From positions 1 through 39,040 of the IMG/VR virus record IMGVR_UViG_3300009095_000034: 39,040 nucleotides of DNA, one strand, 5' to 3'. Of this stretch, positions 36,163-39,040 are shown one piece after another (position 1 is the stretch's first letter; the number at the start of each line of letters is the position of its first letter). The stretch is from a virus (Duplodnaviria > Caudoviricetes). The position numbers and the translations under genes are program-made. The notes below the pieces were generated by a model. That model worked only from the letters and a program-made list of their open reading frames with translations, was not told where the DNA came from and did no database searches.

Positions 36163-36644
36163 GGCTCCTCCGCCCCCTTGTTCGGGACGAACAGAGCAGC
36201 GCGGGCGTCGGCGGTCTCAACGATGTGTCGATCGGCCGTATGCAATGCTGATTCAAGGATGTCCCGCACTTGCACGACGGAACCCAACTCCTTACGGAGA
36301 CGGTCGACCTCGTCGCGGAGCTCGGCCTCTACCTCGCTGCGGTCGCGGCTGAGCAGTGCGGCGTACCTCTCCGCCGTCAGGTGCGCCGCCGGTAGCTCGA
36401 CTTCCGCTGACGACGAGCGCGGCGCGATGAGTTCCACCACGGTCGTATCAAGCACCGCTGCCAGGGCAAACAACTCGGCAATCTTGAACGCCCGGTTGCC
36501 CTTCTCGGCCGCGCTTACGGCCTGGCGAGTCCATGGTTTACCCAGATATTCCGCGAGTGCGGCGCCGATTTGCTCCTGTGTCATGTCGTGCTGCTGGCGT
36601 GCTTCCTGCACGCGAAGGCCGACGAGCTCAGCGACTCCACTCAT
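36159..36644 (-). CDS. XRE-family HTH regulator with coiled-coil tail
   Basis: VGLRVQEARQQHDMTQEQIG..WTRQAVSAAEKGNRAFKIAELFALAAVL. Confidence 0.85.
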   Translation of the reverse strand: MSGVAELVGLRVQEARQQHDMTQEQIGAALAEYLGKPWTRQAVSAAEKGNRAFKIAELFALAAVLDTTVVELIAPRSSSAEVELPAAHLTAERYAALLSRDRSEVEAELRDEVDRLRKELGSVVQVRDILESALHTADRHIVETADARAALFVPNKGAEEP

Positions 36645-37075
36645 GCCGCGTTCTCCTCGTCCGTAGTGGACAGCGCGTCGGCGGCGGCGCGGAGCGTGTC
36701 GAGACCGACGCGGGCGCGAACACCGATCTCCGGTGTGTGGCCGACGGCCGACCACAACGCCGACAGTTCGCGGGCGCTCGGGTGCGTCCACGCAACGAAC
36801 GGGATCGGTCCGGCGTCGCCGGACACCTGCACCTGTGTGAACCTGACCGGCCGGTCGCGCCGGAGCACGGATACGGCCACGTCTCCGGAGAGCATCTCGG
36901 CGACCGCGACCAGGGCGGCGAGCTCGTTGTCCGTGGCGGCGAGCTGAACGCTCGTGCGGACCGTTCCGGCGGCCCGGTCCGGGATGAGTTCGAGGCAGGC
37001 GACCTCGGGGAATGAGTCGTGTTCGGACAGGCACACGGCGGCGTACTCGGCCGCGTCCGCAAGCGCTCGATTCAT
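36641..37075 (-). CDS. Hypothetical protein
   Basis: AGGAGAG RBS; MNRALADAAEY...; overlaps the next start. Confidence 0.65.
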   Translation of the reverse strand: MNRALADAAEYAAVCLSEHDSFPEVACLELIPDRAAGTVRTSVQLAATDNELAALVAVAEMLSGDVAVSVLRRDRPVRFTQVQVSGDAGPIPFVAWTHPSARELSALWSAVGHTPEIGVRARVGLDTLRAAADALSTTDEENAA

Positions 37076-37122
37076 TGCGCGCTCTCCTGTGGTGGGTTGG
37101 GGCGGGGGCTCATGGGGTCGAC

Positions 37123-37380
37123 CTATGCGGCGCGGCGTTCGGGGCGCTTCGGGTCGACGACCGGCGTGCGGCTGAAGTTGAACAGAGCGGGGATCTCGTC
37201 GGTCGTGAACAGCACGGCGCACGTCGCGATGAACCCCGCCGACACGGGGGCGCCGGCGAGGACGCGGTAGACGGTCTGCTGACTGATTCCGGACTCTGCG
37301 GAGAAGTCCGCGATGGTCCACCCGCGATCGGTACACAATCGACGGAACGCTCCGCTGTTGAGCCGGGCGGCGTACTGCAT
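37123..37380 (-). CDS. Cro-like HTH protein
   Basis: GGAGG RBS; GWTIADFSAESGISQQTVYRVLAG; first gene of the early operon, divergent from cI. Confidence 0.82.
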   Translation of the reverse strand: MQYAARLNSGAFRRLCTDRGWTIADFSAESGISQQTVYRVLAGAPVSAGFIATCAVLFTTDEIPALFNFSRTPVVDPKRPERRAA

Positions 37381-37457
37381 CCGGGTTCACCTCCTAGGGA
37401 TCTGCTGTGGACGCTCGATCACGCTAGGTCGCTGTGTGGCATGCGTGCAAGTATCGA

Positions 37458-37571
37458 CTCTCACGCGTGAGAGCCTTTGATCTTGGTTAGATGTTCGCTA
37501 AAGTGTTCGAATCGCAGGTCAGAGGGATGTTGATCTTCGGTCCGAACGTTCAGAAATTCTCACGCGTGCGA
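37458..37571. promoter_or_regulatory. Operators of the cro/cI switch
   Basis: Perfect 16-bp palindrome CTCTCACGCGTGAGAG (37458-37473) and variant TCTCACGCGTGCGA (37558-37571). Confidence 0.72.
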
Positions 37572-37618
37572 TACGGTCGACGCCCATGTCTCCTACGCAT
37601 GGGACGGATGCACCCAAC

Positions 37619-38113
37619 ATGGACGACGAGCGACCTACGTTCGCCGACTTCATCGACGAACAGCTCAAGCGGAAAGGCTGGTCAATCCGGCAATGCGCAG
37701 CAGAAACCGGGTTGTCCGAATCCTTGCTCCACAGATGGAGGACGAATAACTACACCCCGAACATCGCGAACGCCCGCACGTTCGCGCACGGTGTCGGCGT
37801 CGGCGTGCTCGACGTGCTCATTGCGTCCGGCCAGATCTCGCCGGAGGAAGCGCACTCCTCGGCGGCAGGGAGAACCGAACGGAGCCTTGACGGCTGGTCG
37901 TCGGTTGAGCTGCTACAGGAAGTTATCAACCGCTTAAACCGTGCCACCGAACGAGTGATTTTGCATGCTCAACCATCCGCCGAAACCGGCGCCGGGCGGC
38001 TGTCAAGCGACCAACTTTCCGATCTTGTCGCCGCGCTCGCGCAAGCCGGATGGTCCTTCACTCCCCACGAAAAAGAGTCCGATTCGAGTCAATCGTCCAC
38101 AGCTCGTCCGTGA
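37619..38113 (+). CDS. Immunity repressor (cI-like XRE HTH)
   Basis: FADFIDEQLKRKGWSIRQCAAETGLSESLLHRWRTNNYTPNIANARTFA..DVLIASG; start uncertain (37586 or 37619). Confidence 0.85.
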   Translation: MDDERPTFADFIDEQLKRKGWSIRQCAAETGLSESLLHRWRTNNYTPNIANARTFAHGVGVGVLDVLIASGQISPEEAHSSAAGRTERSLDGWSSVELLQEVINRLNRATERVILHAQPSAETGAGRLSSDQLSDLVAALAQAGWSFTPHEKESDSSQSSTARP

Positions 38114-38229
38114 TCAGCACGGGCGGTGACCACCCCGAAATGATCCCCCCGGTTGGCATTCTCGCGGGTGACAACCGGCCGGGCGATGGTGTGAGATCGG
38201 CTTCCGCAATGAGTGAGGGAGGTCGATTG

Positions 38230-38481
38230 ATGGGAGCCGCACCGCCACCCGACGCGTTAGAGGGGGACGTCTACCTTGGGACGGTGCGCACCAGGTCGGG
38301 AGATCTCGTGTTCACCGTGGACGAAACCGGCGATGAGCCGATCACGCTCTCGATCCTCGTCCCGCAAGGACACTTGGCGCTCGACCCGGTCGAGTTCACG
38401 GTGTCCGAGGTTGAGGAGACCGTCGCCTTGCTCCGCAAGGCGGTCGAAGTCAGCAAGGCGGCGTGCAGTCGGGGGGCTTGA
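38230..38481 (+). CDS. Hypothetical protein
   Basis: GAGGGAGG RBS; beta-rich with a C-terminal helix. Confidence 0.6.
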   Translation: MGAAPPPDALEGDVYLGTVRTRSGDLVFTVDETGDEPITLSILVPQGHLALDPVEFTVSEVEETVALLRKAVEVSKAACSRGA

Positions 38482-38729
38482 TCATGGGGCAGTCCACAAC
38501 GGGGACCGCGCCGACACGGTGCCGAATGGGCAACATGACCCGCGTGTCCCGCGTCTGCGGGGTCGGGGTCGACGGGGCTCGCGTGATCGTCCGGGATGTG
38601 CCCGATTCGGGCTCTGAGGGCGACGCTCGCGAAGTCGAAGAGGTGGCCCGGTGGGTTGAGTCCGTCGCGGGGGTGGAGCGCGTCGAGATCCTCATTCGGG
38701 GCGTCATCCGAGAGTCCGTCGACACGTAG
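38463..38729 (+). CDS. Hypothetical protein (start uncertain)
   Basis: Open frame ending just before the terminator. Confidence 0.4.
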   Translation: MQSGGLIMGQSTTGTAPTRCRMGNMTRVSRVCGVGVDGARVIVRDVPDSGSEGDAREVEEVARWVESVAGVERVEILIRGVIRESVDT

Positions 38730-38742
38730 GGCGGGGTACAAG

Positions 38743-38775
38743 AACGCCCCCGGCGGGAGCTTCCGCCGGGGGCGT
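38743..38775 (+). terminator. Stem-loop insulating attR
   Basis: ACGCCCCCGGCGG / CCGCCGGGGGCGT inverted repeat. Confidence 0.78.
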
Positions 38776-38786
38776 CTTGATCTTCA

Positions 38787-38909
38787 CTGGGGGCACACTG
38801 GGGGCACAACAGACCCAAACGAGCCCCGCTCTCAACCGACGTAGCCAGACGTCGTAATGACTGGTCAGAGCCGGTTTCGGCGCTCCGCCGCTGGTCGCCG
38901 CTGGGGCAC
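38787..38909 (+). repeat. Putative integrase arm-type sites, right arm
   Basis: CTGGGGGCACA twice (38787-38808) and CTGGGGCAC (38901-38909). Confidence 0.72.
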
Positions 38910-38917
38910 GCAAAGAA

Positions 38918-38924
38918 GTACGAC
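38918..38924 (+). other. attR core GTACGAC
   Basis: Matches 117-123; lies within the inverted repeat AAGAAGT-ACG-ACTTCTT (38913-38929). Confidence 0.9.
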
Positions 38925-39040
38925 TTCTTCCTCTACGGCTCGGCCGCGGCCCTGGTGTTCAACAAACTGTTCTTCCCGGCCGGCGACCCGTTGACCGGGA
39001 CCCTGCTGGCCTTCATCACCTACGCGGTCGGCTTCGTCGC
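38919..39040 (+). pseudogene. 3' continuation of host MFS transporter (runs off window)
   Basis: Reads YDFFLYGSAAALVFNKLFFPAGDPLTGTLLAFITYAVGFV; joins the 5' fragment in frame to give the EWYDFFLYG motif. Confidence 0.93.

Larger units (their letters stand above)
117..38924. mobile_element. Integrated temperate prophage (siphovirus-type), ~38.8 kb
   Basis: Integrase, lysis, tail, head, packaging, replication and repressor modules, bounded by a GTACGAC direct repeat that splits a host gene. Confidence 0.97.

Noticed and set aside
38781-38918. Phage-supplied replacement N-terminus for the transporter
   Set aside because: Frame is open from 38781 but has no ATG/GTG/TTG, and the translation is not TM-like
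1-39040. tRNA/rRNA genes, IS elements, reverse transcriptase/DGR
   Set aside because: None recognised by eye; the att site is in a protein-coding gene

Overview
The window holds one apparently complete ~38.8 kb temperate siphovirus-type prophage (117-38924) in a high-GC actinomycete. The gene families suggest Pseudonocardiaceae or Streptomyces-like hosts (inference). It is inserted at a 7-bp GTACGAC core inside the 5' end of a host MHS-family MFS transporter gene, splitting the ...IEWYD|FFLYG... motif. Left to right: tyrosine integrase, XRE repressor and divergent excisionase; then a ~5.4 kb cargo island with a DUF397 + XRE-DUF5753 (BldB/WhiJ-like) pair, small genes and a three-gene ATP-grasp RiPP cluster (precursor, ATP-grasp ligase, PIMT-like methyltransferase; graspimiditide type). 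Next, on the minus strand, come lysis, tail, head and packaging genes. The tape-measure gene carries a +1 frameshift in a G7 run and the tail chaperone has a programmed -1 frameshift. A counter-oriented two-gene insert sits between terminase and portal, and its first product ends in a RHIM/BASS-like motif. Replication/recombination genes and a second cro/cI switch lie next to attR. All calls come from motif reading only; no database searches were run.
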